DNA of 64,000 nucleotides from Isurus oxyrinchus (lineage: Eukaryota): contig JANJGN010000012.1 in the NCBI GenBank assembly GCA_026770705.1, positions 45,818,001-45,882,000 of the forward strand, read 5' to 3'. The notes under the pieces were generated by a model, which saw only the letters and a program-made list of their open reading frames with translations, did not search any database and was not told the origin of the DNA. The number at the start of each line of letters is the position of its first letter. The first letter of the stretch is position 1. The position numbers were made by a program, and so were the translations under genes. Shown here piece by piece: positions 12,095-25,360 of this stretch.

Positions 12095-13250
12095 TCCCTT
12101 GACATCATGGCAGCATTTGACTGAGTGTGGCCTCAGGGAGCCCTAGCAAAACTGGAATCAATGAGAATCAGGGGGAAAACTCTCTGCTGGTTGGACTTGT
12201 GCTTCCTAGCACAAAGGAAGATGGTTGTGGGTGTTGGAAGTCAATCATCTCAGTTCCAGGACATCACTGCAGGAGTTCCTCAGGGTCGTGTCCTAGGCCC
12301 AACCATCTTCAGCTGCTTCATCAATGACATTCCTTCAATCATAAGGTCAGAAATGGGGATGTTGGCTAATGACTGCACAATGTTCAGCACCATTCCTGAC
12401 TCCTCAGGTACTGGAGCAGTTCATATCCAAATGCAGCAAGACCTGGACAATATCCAGGTTTGGGCTGACAAGTGACAAGTAACATTCATGTCACACAAGT
12501 GCCAGGCAATGACCATCTCCAACAAGAGAGAATCTAACCATCACCCCTTGACATTCAATGGCATTACCATCACTGAATCCCCCACTATCAATATCCTGGG
12601 CGTTACCATTGACCAGAAACTGAACTGGACTAGCCATATAAATACTATGGCTACAAGAGCAGGTCAGAGGCTAGGAATCGTGTGGCGAGTAACTCACATC
12701 CTGAGTCCCCAAAGCCTGTCCATCATCTACAAGGCACAAATCAAGAGTGTGATGGAATACTCTCCACTTGCCTGGATGAGTGCAGCTCCAATAACATTTG
12801 TGAAGCTTGACACCATCCAGGACAAAGCGGCACACTTGATTGGCAACCCATCCACAAGCATTCGCTCCCTTTACCACCGACACTCAGTGGTAGCAGTGTG
12901 CACCATCTACAAGATGCACTGCAGGAACTCACCAAGCTTCTTTAGACAGCACCTTCCAAACCCATGACTGCTCCCATTTAGAAGGACAAGGGTAGAAGGT
13001 GCATGGGAACATCACCACCAGTAAGTTCACCTCCAAGCCACACATCACCCTGACTTGGAAATATGTCGCTGTTACATCACTGTCGCTGAGTCAAAATCCT
13101 GGAGCTTTCTCCCTAACAGCACGATGGGTGTACCTACACCACATGATTCAAGAAGGCAGCTCACCATCACCTTCTCGCGGGCAATTAGGGATGGACAATA
13201 GATGCTGGCCTAGCCAATCAAGCCTAAATCCCATGAATGAATAAAAGAAA
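12095..13250 (+). mobile_element. CR1-group LINE family B, 3' part; further copies at 11520-11860, 21230-23225, 23230-23890 with 25360-25940, and 32940-33434 with 40878-41110
   Basis: GVPQGRVLGPTIFSCFIND, INILGVTIDQKLNW, MEYSPLAW. Common 3' tail ...ATCCCATGAATGAATAAA. Confidence 0.8.
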
Positions 13251-13569
13251 AATTAGCATTCACCTGGAGCCAGAAAGAGGTAGAATGCTTTTATAAAAGT
13301 CAAGTTTCCTCTGACAGTTGTTTTATGAGGATATAGTCCATTGACAAAGAAAATACAGTAGATGTTGTGTGTACAGAATTTTAAGAGATGATTGATAAGT
13401 TGCAAAATACAAGGCTTGTTAAAATTAAGACTGTGGCAACTTTGAATGTACAGGAGAGGATTGTGGTTAATTCGTGTTTATCCTTGGAGGGAGAAATGAA
13501 CAGTAGTGTTTGGCTATAATTTCAATAAATATAGACATGGCAGGGCACCTCCATCCCATCAAATGCAGA

Positions 13570-15926
13570 TTTTGATTCATGTGGGAACTCCAGGACATTT
13601 CTCTGGGTGGAAGTTTAGAAAGCAATAGTGCTAGAGGTTCTATAGTTGGAGGAACAGACAAGCTGTTGTTTGTCTGCAGTCATGATTCCAGGATGGAATG
13701 TTGCCCCCTGGGTGATAAGGACAATGATGCCACTGAATGGTTGCAGAGCATTCTGAGGGGTGTGCAAACTGTCAAAGATCATGGTTTGAACCTTGACCTT
13801 GTTGGGCAGGCTCGGTGGGTGTGGTCAGGAAGCTGACCACTGCTCCCAATCGAGGCCGGAAGGTGTTTTCACACTGCTGGGCCAATAAGCCCCGCCCAGC
13901 TTGAAATGCGAGTGGCAGCGCAGCCTGTACGGGCAGGGTGGAGGGCACAGAACCGCCTCAGGGAGATGAAGAGTTTAAAAAAAAATAAAGAAATTAAAAA
14001 ATGTTATAAAACATGTCCCCTCATGTGACTCTGTCACATGAGCAGGGACATATTATTAACTACATTTTAGAATTTTAATTTTATTTTTATTTGCTTTAGG
14101 AAACCTCATCCCGCCTAGAAAGTGCAAAGGCCGCTTGGCATTTTCGCCTGCCCACCAACCGTAAGGCTGGATGGGCAACGAAAAATGTCAGTTAATTGAC
14201 ACTTTAATAGCCTTAACAGGCCTTTTAATTGTCGGCTGGCATGCTGCTGACTCCGGCGTGTGCCAACCAAAATATTGCGCGACTGTGAGTTGAAGTTGGG
14301 ACACTCACCCGATGTCAAAGTGTTGCGTTTTATGCTCACGTGGGTTGTGTGTGCGCCTGCCCACTGAGCTAAACATTTTGCCCCATTTTTCAAATCAGTA
14401 CCAATGACATAAATAGAAAGAGGGATGAGGTCCCTGAGGCAGATTTTAGGGAGCTTGGAAATAATTAAGTAAACAGGAACTCAAAGGTAGCAATCTCTGG
14501 ATTACTCCTGGTGCCACACGCTAATAAGCATAGAAATTGGCGGATAGTGCAAATGAATGCATGACTGGAGAGATGTTTCAGGAGGGAGGGATTGCTGGGA
14601 CAGTGGTTCAGGTTCTGGGACTGGTGAAACCTGTGCAAGGTTTGCAGATTGCACCTCAACAGAGCTGGAAGTAATATCATCCTGGGTGTTTTGCTCTTGC
14701 TATTGAGGAGGATTTAAACTAGCTTGGCAGAGGGATGGGGACATGAGTATAGTTTCAGAAGGGAAAGAAGCTTCTCTACTTTGGTTGGGGAGGGTTTAAA
14801 CTAAATTGGCAAGGGGATGGGCACCAGTATATTGAAATTTTAAAAAATGAATGAGGTGCATAAAGGAGTGAGAGTGTTGAATGGTTCTAGATAAGGAAAT
14901 AGTACAATATTAAATAGGTGCAGACTAAGAAGGACAATGAAGAATACAAAGCATGTACAAAAAGTGTTGTGAATAAAATTATTGAGCTACAGGCACAAAC
15001 AGCCAAGTGGGATTATGATTAATTGGCAATAATGGAAATGTGGCTTAAAAATGGTGAGGACTGTGCAAAAATATTCAAGGATCAAAAGTGTTCAGGGAAT
15101 ATCGGGAGGAAAAAGGGGAGGTGGAGTGGCAGTACTGATTAGGGAAAGCATTGTAGTGTTGGAAAGTGAGAATGTCCTTGAGGAGGTAAAGGTGGAGTCC
15201 ATTTGGTTAGAGTTGGGAAGCAAAAAGTGTATGACCACACTACTGGGGATATTCTACAGGTCTCCAAATAGTGAGAGAGATAGAGGAACAAATCTGAAGG
15301 GAAATCACAGAAATATGCAAGAACTATAGAGTAGTGATATTGAAGGGCTTTAATTACCCAAATATTGATTGGAATAATCAATTAGAGTAAAGAATGTGGA
15401 GAAGAATTCTCTGAAATGTGTTCTTGGGAAATTCCTTAAGCAGTATGCTCTCGCTTCAACAAGAAAGGAGGTACTACTGAATCGGGGGGCTGGGGAATGA
15501 GGTGAGCCAAGACGACCAAGCGAGTGTGCGGAAAAACTTGGGTAAAAGTGACTGTTGTATCAAAAGGTCTAGATTAGTAATGGAGAAGAGCGAGGATCAA
15601 CCTAAAGTAGAACTTCTAAATTGGAAGACGTCTAGCTTCAAAGGTTTGAGAGGGGATCTAGCCAAGGTAAAATGGAACCAAGGAGTGGCAGGAGAAACTG
15701 TAACAGAACAGTGGATGATCATGAAGGAGAAGTGGTTTCAGGTACAGGCTAGGTATATTCCAATAATGGAGGAAGATAGGGAACAAAGCCAGGGCTCCTT
15801 GGATGAAGAAGGAGATAAGATAATATGATGAAAAAAAGAAAAGGATGTATGATGCATGTCAGGTGAATTCTTCAAGTGAGAGTCAGACCAAATACAATAA
15901 ATTGAGAGGAAAATTGAAGAGGAAAA
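13570..15926 (+). mobile_element. Degraded CR1 LINE 5' part; continues at 26693-27600 after the Gypsy insertion
   Basis: KRGGGVAVLIRE and LLGIFYRSPNS (endonuclease). CR1 sequence resumes after the Gypsy TSD with INRGIEYKS and LEYCVWFWSPH. Confidence 0.75.
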
Positions 15927-18012
15927 TGTTGTGCTTTTATAATGATATAAAGGCACCAATCACTCATAAGGGATTGGGCAGACACGTTGTGGGTTCATTA
16001 ATAGAGATTAGGCACGTGAGACCATTTATGCAAAGATAGGAAGCTTGAAGACATCAGCAGCAGAGTTTTGTATGTGTGTGCTCTGCTCAAAGCAAAAGTG
16101 AAACTAAGACTTGATCACATGACACACTTCCCTTCTAGTGATGTCATGCTTCTATCCCTTAAAGACATATTACAACATCCCTTTTTCTTTTCAAGGATAC
16201 TTTCCCCCCCTTCCAAAGAAATATAACTATTTACAATACATGCTCCTATATAGTTACTATTATATAAGTGTATAGACCAGATGAAGCTGAATCTCTCAAG
16301 TGTAGAGGTAAATCTGCTGATGCACCCAGATCTTGAAATGATAGCCTTGTCTGGAGGTGTCTTTAATTGCTCACAGTGATCTGTGGGATTGTCATTCTAG
16401 GATGTTCTTTCTGGTTTAATTTAAGATCTTGTGTTCAATGCAATAGGACTGTATGGTGGTTGAGGAGCTAGAATGGATCTGATTTGCCCTCCATTACACC
16501 TCACCTTTGTGCCTTTTTGTATAATGACTTCTTAGGACCTTGGTCCTGAACAAATCCTTGTCACCTCGACTGGCTGCCATGTACCTTCTGTGGGATCCTG
16601 GATGTGAACTTGTTCTCCCAACTGTAAGCTTGGCAATTCTGTACCTGCATTTTTATCGTGTACTTTGGTCATCTTCTCTTGCAGTTTTGTAAGTTGCTTT
16701 CTAGTTTCTGAGAGAGAAGAATGGATAAGAATAGGCAGATTGGGACACACTGGCTTGCTGAACGTGAACACTGCTGGTGATGGAGTAGTTGCTCTTAAAG
16801 GTGTTACTCTCAGATGTGGCATTGTATTGTGGAAGATCTTGCTTGGTCTGTCTACATTTGAGAATTAGGGATTTCACTGTGTGAATCATTTGTTCAGCCA
16901 GGCTGTTAGATCTAGGATAATGAGGAGGAGAAGTAGTGTGATCAGTATTCCACTTCTAACATATATCCTGAAATGGCTTACCAATAAATTGCAGACTGTT
17001 ATCCATAATGTTCTCTCTAGGATTACTAAATTTCACCAAATAGACCAAAAGTAGTACTTGGAGTGTGTGCAACAGTTGTGATTGAGGTGTAGTGCGATTG
17101 TTGAATGATGGGATACTTGGAAAAGTAGTTGACGATGTCAATTAAGTCTGTGCCATGGACACGAAAGATAGATATGAAAATGCATGATTCTAAACACTAA
17201 AGCTATTGTTTCCTACTCAATGTTGGAGTGGCTGGATTGCTTTATGGACAGAGATTTTGCCTTTTTGTAGTCTGTATGCTCCCAGAAAGTTCTGCAAGGC
17301 AACTATCTTCACGGTAATTGTTTCCCTAGGATCTTAAAACTGCAAGTTTATGCTTCTGATAATTACTGTTTCTGTGCTTCAAAGGGATATTGGTCTTCAT
17401 GTCACAGGAAAAGCACATCCTTTCTCAATAATTCCCTTAGTGATTTTATAGTAAAATTAGGAATGTATGGAGACAAGGAATTAAAGAGACCTAGACGTGT
17501 TGGAACGTTGTCCCGAGTTGGCATGGTTTTAATATCCTCTATTTTACTTGGATCAGGATGTATACCCGCACTGGAATAAAGAGAACCAAAGAATTTGATA
17601 TGTTGCAAGTTGGTGGCACATTTCAGACTGAAGAACACCAATCCTTCATTATGCGCTCCTTTCATTAAGAAGTGCAGACTATGGTCATGTTCTTGCTTTG
17701 TTCTTCCCATAATGGCAATGACATCAGTGATACAGTTATATCCTGGCACAATGCATGTGATGTGGTCCATGTGAGCTTGAAAGAGATCCTGGCTAACAGA
17801 TAGCCCAAAAGGAAATAATCAAAAACAGTTTTGTCTGAATGGGATACAAAATATAGTAAGCTGTTGAGACTTCTCTGTGAGATATACTGACCATTAGCCA
17901 TGTTTGGTATCAACATTGAGAAAAAAACATTGCCCCTGCAAATCTCAGATTTAACTCGTCTACTGTGAGTATTTTGTAAAGGCAACATTTCAAAGCTGCT
18001 GTTGAGTTTCTA

Positions 18013-19089
18013 TGTCATGGAATGAAACCCAAAACTATGTGTTCAAAATTGTACCCTTATTGCTAATTTTTTAAAAACTGGATTCTTAATGCTGAGAAAA
18101 GAAAATTAAGATGGCTGCTACAAGTCAACTGATCACAGGGTTGGCCCTCTGTCTGGGAGCTATCCCCAGCAGTTTCAAGTACAAAAGAATTATATTTTCA
18201 GCTTCGTTGTACAAACCCCTTGTAATCAATGAAAGCAGAGGAAGTGCAGATGAACAGGCTCCCCCATCCTGCACTATCACAAAAGAGAAAGATCAAAACT
18301 CATTACTTGAAGAGATGCTAATAATCAAGTTGTCCCTCTCCTAAGGAGGAACAATGGAATCTTGGCCAGGAGTACAGGAAATAATTGTTAAACTGCAATA
18401 AACCAATAAGAGGCCATGTTACATAACCCAAGCCTCTGGCCTTTTGGACAGTTTTAACATTGTACCTCTGAGCCTCACAGGCAGACTGGTGTTTTAACAT
18501 TAACTGGACAGATCTCCAGCAGCCATGCTGGGTAAGCAGTCTCAACTCCACGATGACTGTTTGATTCCAATGGTCTCTGATAAATGCCAATGATCTAAGC
18601 ACAGAAAAGATCCTTGTGCAGCAACATAATTCTTTTCAAGGATTTTCATATTGTTTAACTAACTAGAACCTCATCAGAATGGAACCCCACCATGAAGGAA
18701 ACACCCTTTGGATTCTGACTTTGGACTCTGGACTAATGTGAACCTAATGGACCTAATATTTGTTTTCTGTGGTCTTTATACTGTAAAACTCCTTTTTCTC
18801 TATTCCCCTTCCCCATCCCCTGACCATTTTACTGTGTGAATGTGCAGAGTGGGAAGTGCTGAACACTCCATTTTCCAGGTTTGGATATGTAAAATAAACT
18901 AACCTTCTGAATTAATCCTAACTCGAGTTTGCTCTGGATTATTAGTAAAATTGGATCACAAAAAGCCAAGGGATTGGGAAAACACCCTGCCGCTTATCCT
19001 TTTAAAAACTAATTCAGAACACCTTCTGCTTCCACACAGGTAGTAAGAAGAATCAGTGCAGGTTGTCTGTCTCTCTCCAGTTCGTAACA
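18013..19089 (+). mobile_element. Probable solo LTR inserted in the Gypsy pol; a related LTR-like unit lies at about 47960-48913
   Basis: TGTCATG...CGTAACA termini and AATAAA near 18893. It interrupts otherwise collinear RT coding sequence. No clean TSD seen. Confidence 0.5.
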
Positions 19090-19847
19090 TTACATTTAAA
19101 TGCTGTGGATCAAGTAATACTCTCAATGATCTGTCGTTTATGACACAAGCAATTGAGCTGCACCAGTCTGTGAGCTCTTGTACTCTTCTAATGATTCCAT
19201 CTTTCTACATTTTGTCTAGTTTGATCTTCAATTTGTCTTGTAAGTGGATGCTGCATTTAAGTGGTGGATCAATTGACCAACTTACATTCTCCTGCAAGTG
19301 TAACCATGCAGCTCCCTTGAAACTGCCAATTTTGTCAAAATATTCTGGATATTTCGATGTTAGTACATGAACTGAGGTGATAGGAGTAGTTTCTGAGGTT
19401 GATCTGCTCAGTGATGTCTGACTGATTCCATGCATTGTCACTAGTGTGAGGTCACAGCATGCCAGCAGACCTGTGATCACCGGATCTTTAGTCTCCATGA
19501 TGTAGAACATCTGTGACACCCAGGGTGATTGATTTGCTTGCACTCCAGGACTATGGAACCTGCACATGGAATTAGTGAACCGTTGTTTGTAGTAGTAGGT
19601 TTCGCCTTGGCCTTCCATGTCTGTGGATCCATGTGTTTTAGACTCCATACAGGTAGTATGTTGGCACTTGCCCCTGTGTCAATCTTGGCCAATAATGAGT
19701 AGTTACCAACTTTCTCATGGCAGGTGACTTGAATCTTGACAACCAAGTTATATGGTGAGATGACATCTATTGTTCTCATGAGATTGATGGTGTGAAGCGT
19801 GTGTTCACCACTTGTCGTCTTGTCATTCTCATCATCATCATTTTCTG

Positions 19848-19981
19848 AGTTGAAGCAGGATTATACAGACTTGAAATTTTAACTCTGTTTCTCTCTCCAC
19901 AGGTGCTGTTAGACCTGCTGAGCTTTTCCAGCATTTTCTGTTTTTATCTCAGATTTCCAGCATCAGCAACATTTTGCTTTT
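19848..19981 (+). repeat. Short Penelope-end insertion; another at 54309-54404 on the minus strand
   Basis: GACCTGCTGAG...TTTCCAGCATC motif. TSD ATCATCATTTTCTG at 19834-19847 and 19982-19995. The 54309 copy has TSD CTGTAAGCAG. Confidence 0.65.
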
Positions 19982-20789
19982 ATCATCATTTTCTGGTTTG
20001 TCAATCACCTCATGTATATGTTCCTGACAGGACACCGGATGGCCATTCTTATTGATTGAATGTACCCATTGTGTACAGTCTGTTTAGATCAGGGCACAGC
20101 TCTTTGTAGCTGCATCAGCCTTTGCTCGAGTGCGCTGCCTCTGCCAATGGCCCTTTCTGCCACATGCTTTGTAGAATTGCTGGAAAGCTGGACATTTCCT
20201 TGGTGCATGCAAAAGGGCACACCTTCCACATGTCTTACTAGGTTTGGGTGTTCCAGTGAGTACATCAACAATTGGGGTTGTACTTAGGACCTGTAAGCTC
20301 TGTTGACCTGCAATGATCATTTTGTACTTATGTCCATCCTTGAGTAGTTCAGTGTTGCTATATGTTTTGGTTTGTCTAGAAGATCTTCTGGAATGCTTCC
20401 AAGGGAGTGGATGCGATCACCAACACAACAATTCTGTCTGCTGGTTCTGCATTTGAAAAATTGCAGTATATATTCTTTTCTTCTTTTCTCTGCACCTGCT
20501 GATGAAGAGGTCTATGGATTCTGAAGGCTGTTGTTAAGATGACATGAACCCCTGTCAATGAATATGGAAGTTTAGCCTGAGCCTGAACTGGTCTTCCAAT
20601 GTTGTCCATGTCTTTTGAGGATCCTTTGGCTCTTTTTCTATTAATCCTAAAGCGTTCAGCCTGTGTAGACCTTCATTCCCAATTGATGGGTGAATTTTTA
20701 TGGCTTGCTTGTCTAGTTCAGCCGCACCTTAATCAATAAACCATCCCTCTGCAAATTGTTTAAACATATTGAATTTGGCTAGTAGGTCA

Positions 20790-21100
20790 GGGGGAGGCGG
20801 TGGTGTAGTGGTATTGTCACTGGACTAGCAAACCAAAGACCCAGGGTAATGCTCTGGGGACTCAGGTTTGAATCCCACCATGGCAGAATTTAAATTCAAT
20901 AAATATCTGGAATTAAAAGTCTAACGATGACCATGAAACCATTGTTGATTGTCATAAAACCCCATCTGCTTTACTAATGCCCTTTAGGGAAGGAAATCTT
21001 CCATCTTTACCTGGTCTGGCCTACATGTGACTTCAGACCCACAGCAATGTGGTGGACTCTTAAATGCCCTCTGAAATGGCCTAGCAAGCCACTCACTCGA
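20790..21100 (+). repeat. tRNA-headed SINE (SacSINE1/DeuSINE-like); other copies at about 30525-30897 (-) and 52660-52900 (+)
   Basis: A-box TGGTGTAGTGG, B-box GGTTTGAATCCC, and core CTGGTCTGGCCTACATGTGAC...GCCCTCTGAAATGGCCTAGCAAGCCACTC. Confidence 0.6.
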
Positions 21101-23889
21101 ATCAAACTGCTATGAAAGAAGACAGACCACTGGGCATCAATTTAGGTGCTGGCAATGGCAAACTCAGGCCTGTTGACCCTGCAAAGTTCTCCTGAATAAC
21201 AACTGGGACTTGTGCCAAAATTGGGAGAGCTGTGGGCCCTGACAATATTCTGGCGATAGTACTGAAGGCTTGTGCTCCAGAACCTACCACGCCTGTAGCC
21301 AAGCTGTTCCAATACAGCTACAACATTGGCATCACCCAGCAATGTGGAAAACTGCCCAGGTATGTTCTGTACACAAAAGACAGGACAAATTACCAGTCTA
21401 CTCTTGATCATCTGTAAAGTGATGGAAGGGGTCATCAACAGTATTATCAAGTGGCACTTGCTTAGTAACATCCTACTCACTGATGCTCGGTTTGGGTTCC
21501 ACCAGAGTCACTGGAGGAGGAGGCTCCACAAATATCCCCACCCTCAATGATGGGGGAGTCCAGCACGCCAGTGAAAAATATAAGGCTGAAGCATTTGCTA
21601 CAACCATCAGCCAGAAATGCTGAGTGGATGATCCATCTTGGCCTCCTCCGGAGGTCTCCATCATCTCACATGCCAGTCTTCAGCCAATTCATTTAGTCCA
21701 CGTGATGTCAAGAAATGGCTGAAGGCACTAGATAGTGCAAAGGCTATGGGCCCTGATAATATTCCGGTAAACATACTGAAGACTTGTGCTCCAGAACTTG
21801 GCGCGCTCCTAGCCAAGCTGTTCCAGTGCAGCCACAACACAGATATCTCCCAGCTATATGGAAAATATTGTAACAAAAAGCAGGATAAATCCAACTCAGC
21901 CCCATCAGTCTACTGTCAATCATCAGTAAAATGATGGAAGGGGTCATCAACAGTGCTATCACGCAGCACTTGCTTAGCAATAACCTGGCTCACTGACGCC
22001 CAGTTTGGGTTCCGCCAGGGCCACTCAGCACTGACCTCATTACAGACTTGGTTCAAACATGGACAAAAGAGCTGAACTCCTGAGGTGAGGTGGGAGTGAC
22101 TGTCCTTGACATCAAGACAGCATTTGATTGAGTGAGGCATCAGGGAGCCCTAGCAAAACTGGAGTGTATGAGAATCAGGGGGAAAACTCTCCACTGATTG
22201 TATTCATATCTAGCACAAAGGAAGATGGTTGTGGATGTTGGAGGTCAGTCATCTCAGCTCCAGGGCATCACTGCAGGAGTTCTTCAGGGTAGAGTCCTAG
22301 GCCCAACCATCTTCAGCTGTTTCATCAATTAATTTCCTTCCATCATAAGGTCAGAAGTGGGGATGTTTGCTGATGTTCAGCACTATTCGTGACTCCTCAG
22401 TTACTGAAACAGTCGATGTCCAGATGCAGCAAGACCTGAGCAATATCCAGGTTTGGGCTGAGAAGTGGCAAGTAACATTTGCGCCAAAAAGTGCCAGGCA
22501 ATGACCCTCTCCAACAAGAGAGAATCCAACCATTGTCTCTTGATGTTCAATGGCACTGCCATCACTGAATCCCCCACTATCAACATCCTGGGGATTACCA
22601 TTGACCAGAAACTGAACTGGACTAGCTATATAAATACTATGGCTACAAGAGCAGGTCAGAGGCTAGGAATCCTGCAATGACTAACTCATCCCCTGACCAC
22701 CCAAAGCCTGTCCACCATCTACAAAGCACAAGTCAATGACTTGTGCCTGGATGAGTGCAGCTCCCACAACACTCAAGAAGCTTGACACTGTCCAGGACAA
22801 AGCAGCCCACTTGATTGGCATTACATCCACAAACATTAACTTCCTCCACCACCGACACACAATAGCAGCTGTGTGTACCATCTGCAAGATGCACTGCAGG
22901 CATTCACCAAGGCTCCTTAGACAGCAAACCCACGACCACTACCATCTAGAAGGACAAACGCAGCTGATAGATGGGGCATCACCACCTGGAACTTCCCCTC
23001 CAAGTCACTCACCATCCTGGCTTGGAGATATATCGCTGTTCCTTCACTGTTGCTGGGTCAAAATCCTGAAACTCTCTTCCTAACAGCATTGTGGATGTAC
23101 CTACACCAGATGGACTGCAGTGGTTCAAGAAGGCAGTTCACCACCACCTTCTCAAGGGCAACTAGGAATGAGCAATAAATGCTGGCCCAGCCAGCAAAGC
23201 CCATGTCTTCTGAATGAATAAAAAAAAAACTCAGCTCCTGACCTCATTACATCCTTGGTACAAATATAAGCAAAAGAGCTGAAATGCAGAGGTGAGGTGA
23301 GATTGACTGCCCTTGACATCAAGGCAACATTTGACCGAGTGATGCATCAGGAAGCCTTAGCAAAACTGGAGTCAGTGAGAACAAAGGGGAAAATTCTCCC
23401 CTGTTTGGAGTCATACCTAGCATAAAGGAAAATGGTTGTGGTCATTGGAGGTCAATCATCTCAGTTCCAGGACATCACTGCAGGAGTTCCTCAGGGTAGT
23501 GTCCAAGGCCCAACCATCTTCACCTGTTTCATCAATGACCTTCCTTCCTTCATAAGGTCAGCAATAGGGAGTTCGCTGATGATTGCAAAATGTTCAGCAC
23601 CACTCATGATTCCTCAGATACTGAAATAGTCTATGTCCAATTGCACCAAGACCTGGACAATATCCAGACTTCGGTTGACAAGTGGCATCACATTCACCCC
23701 GCACAAGTGTCAGGCAATGACCATCTCCACCAAGAGAGAATCTAGTCATCACCCCGTGATATTCAGTGGTATTACCTTCACTGAATCCCCCACTATCAAC
23801 ATCCTGGGAGTTATCATTGACCAGAAACTGAACTGGACTAGCCATATAAATACTTTGGCGACAAGAGGAGGTCAGAGGCTAGGAATCTT

Positions 23890-25360
23890 CCCTAGACTCA
23901 GGGGAGGTGCTAGAGGACTGGAGAATTGCAAACAATTGTTCAAAAAAGGTTGTAAGGATAAGCCCAGCAATTGCAGATCAGTCAGTTTAACTTCACTGGT
24001 GGGCAAGATTCTAGAAACAATTATTTGGGATAGAATTAGTAGTCACATGGAAAAATTTGGGTTGATAAAGAAAAGTCAGCATGGTTTCTAAGAGGGAAGT
24101 CATGTTTAACTAACTAGCTGGAATTTTTTGAAGAGGTAACTGGAAAAGGTCGATGAGGGTAATGCTGTTGATGTGCTGTACATGGACTTCCAAAAGGCAT
24201 TCGATACAGTGCCACACACCAGACTTGTGAGAAAAGTTATTGGTCATGGAATAAAAGGGACCGTAACAATGTGGATGCAAAATTGGCTGAAAAATAGGGA
24301 GAAGAGAGTAATGGTCAACGGATATTTTACGGGCTGGAGGAAGGTTTGTGGTGGAGCTCCCCTGAGGCTGGTATTGGGACCCTTGCTTTTCCTCATATAT
24401 TAATGATCTAGATCTTGGTGTGCAGGGGACAATTTCAAAGTCTGCAGATAATATGAAGATTGGGAGTGTTGTGAACTGAGAGGAGGACAGTGCAGAACTT
24501 CAAAAGGACATAGACAAGTTGGTGGAGTGGGCAGAGAAGTGACAGATGAAGTTCAGTGTGGAAAAGTGTGAGGTCATGCATTTTGGTAGAAAGAACATAG
24601 ACAATAAAAAATAAGGGGTGAAATTTTGAAGCAGGTGCACAAGCAGGAAGACCACGGTCTATATTTTCATAGATCATTGAAGGTGACAGGACAGGTGGAG
24701 ACAGCAGTTAATAAAGCATATAGTATCCAGGCTTAATTAATAGGGGCACAGAGTACAAGAGCAAGGAGATTATACTGAATTTATATAAGACACTCGTTAG
24801 ACCTCAACGGGAGTATTGTGTACAGTACTGGGCGTCACAGTATAGGAAGGACATGAACACTTTGGAGAGAGTGCAGAAGAGGTTTACAAGAATTGTTCCA
24901 GGGATGAAAAACTTCACTGATGAAGATAGATTGGAGAGGTTGGGAGTATTCTCTTTGGGGAGAAGAAGGCTGAGAGGAGATTTGATAGAGATGTTCGAAA
25001 TCATGAGTGGGCTGGACAGAGTAGATAGAGAGAAGCTGTTCCTGCTCATAAAAGGGTCAAGAGTGAGAGGTCACCAGTTTAAAGTGATTTTCAAAAGAGG
25101 TAAATGTGACATGAGAAAAAACTTTTCCACACAATGAGTGGTTCGATTCTGGAATGCGCTGCCTGGAAGTGTGGTGGAGGCAGGTTCAATCAAGGAATTC
25201 AAGAGGGCATTAGATGATTATTTGAATAGAAACAATGTGCAGGGGTATGGGGCAAAGGCAGGGCAATGGCACTAGGTCATAATACTCATTTAGAGAGCTG
25301 GTGGAGACATAATGGGCCAAATGGCCTTCTTCTATGCTGTTAAACTTTTGTGATTCTGTG
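23890..25360 (+). mobile_element. CR1 LINE 3' fragment nested in LINE family B
   Basis: KSQHGF, YMDFQKAFDTVPH, LERVQKRFTR. Family-B sequence resumes at about 25360 (GAATCCTGCGGTGAGTAACTC). Confidence 0.85.
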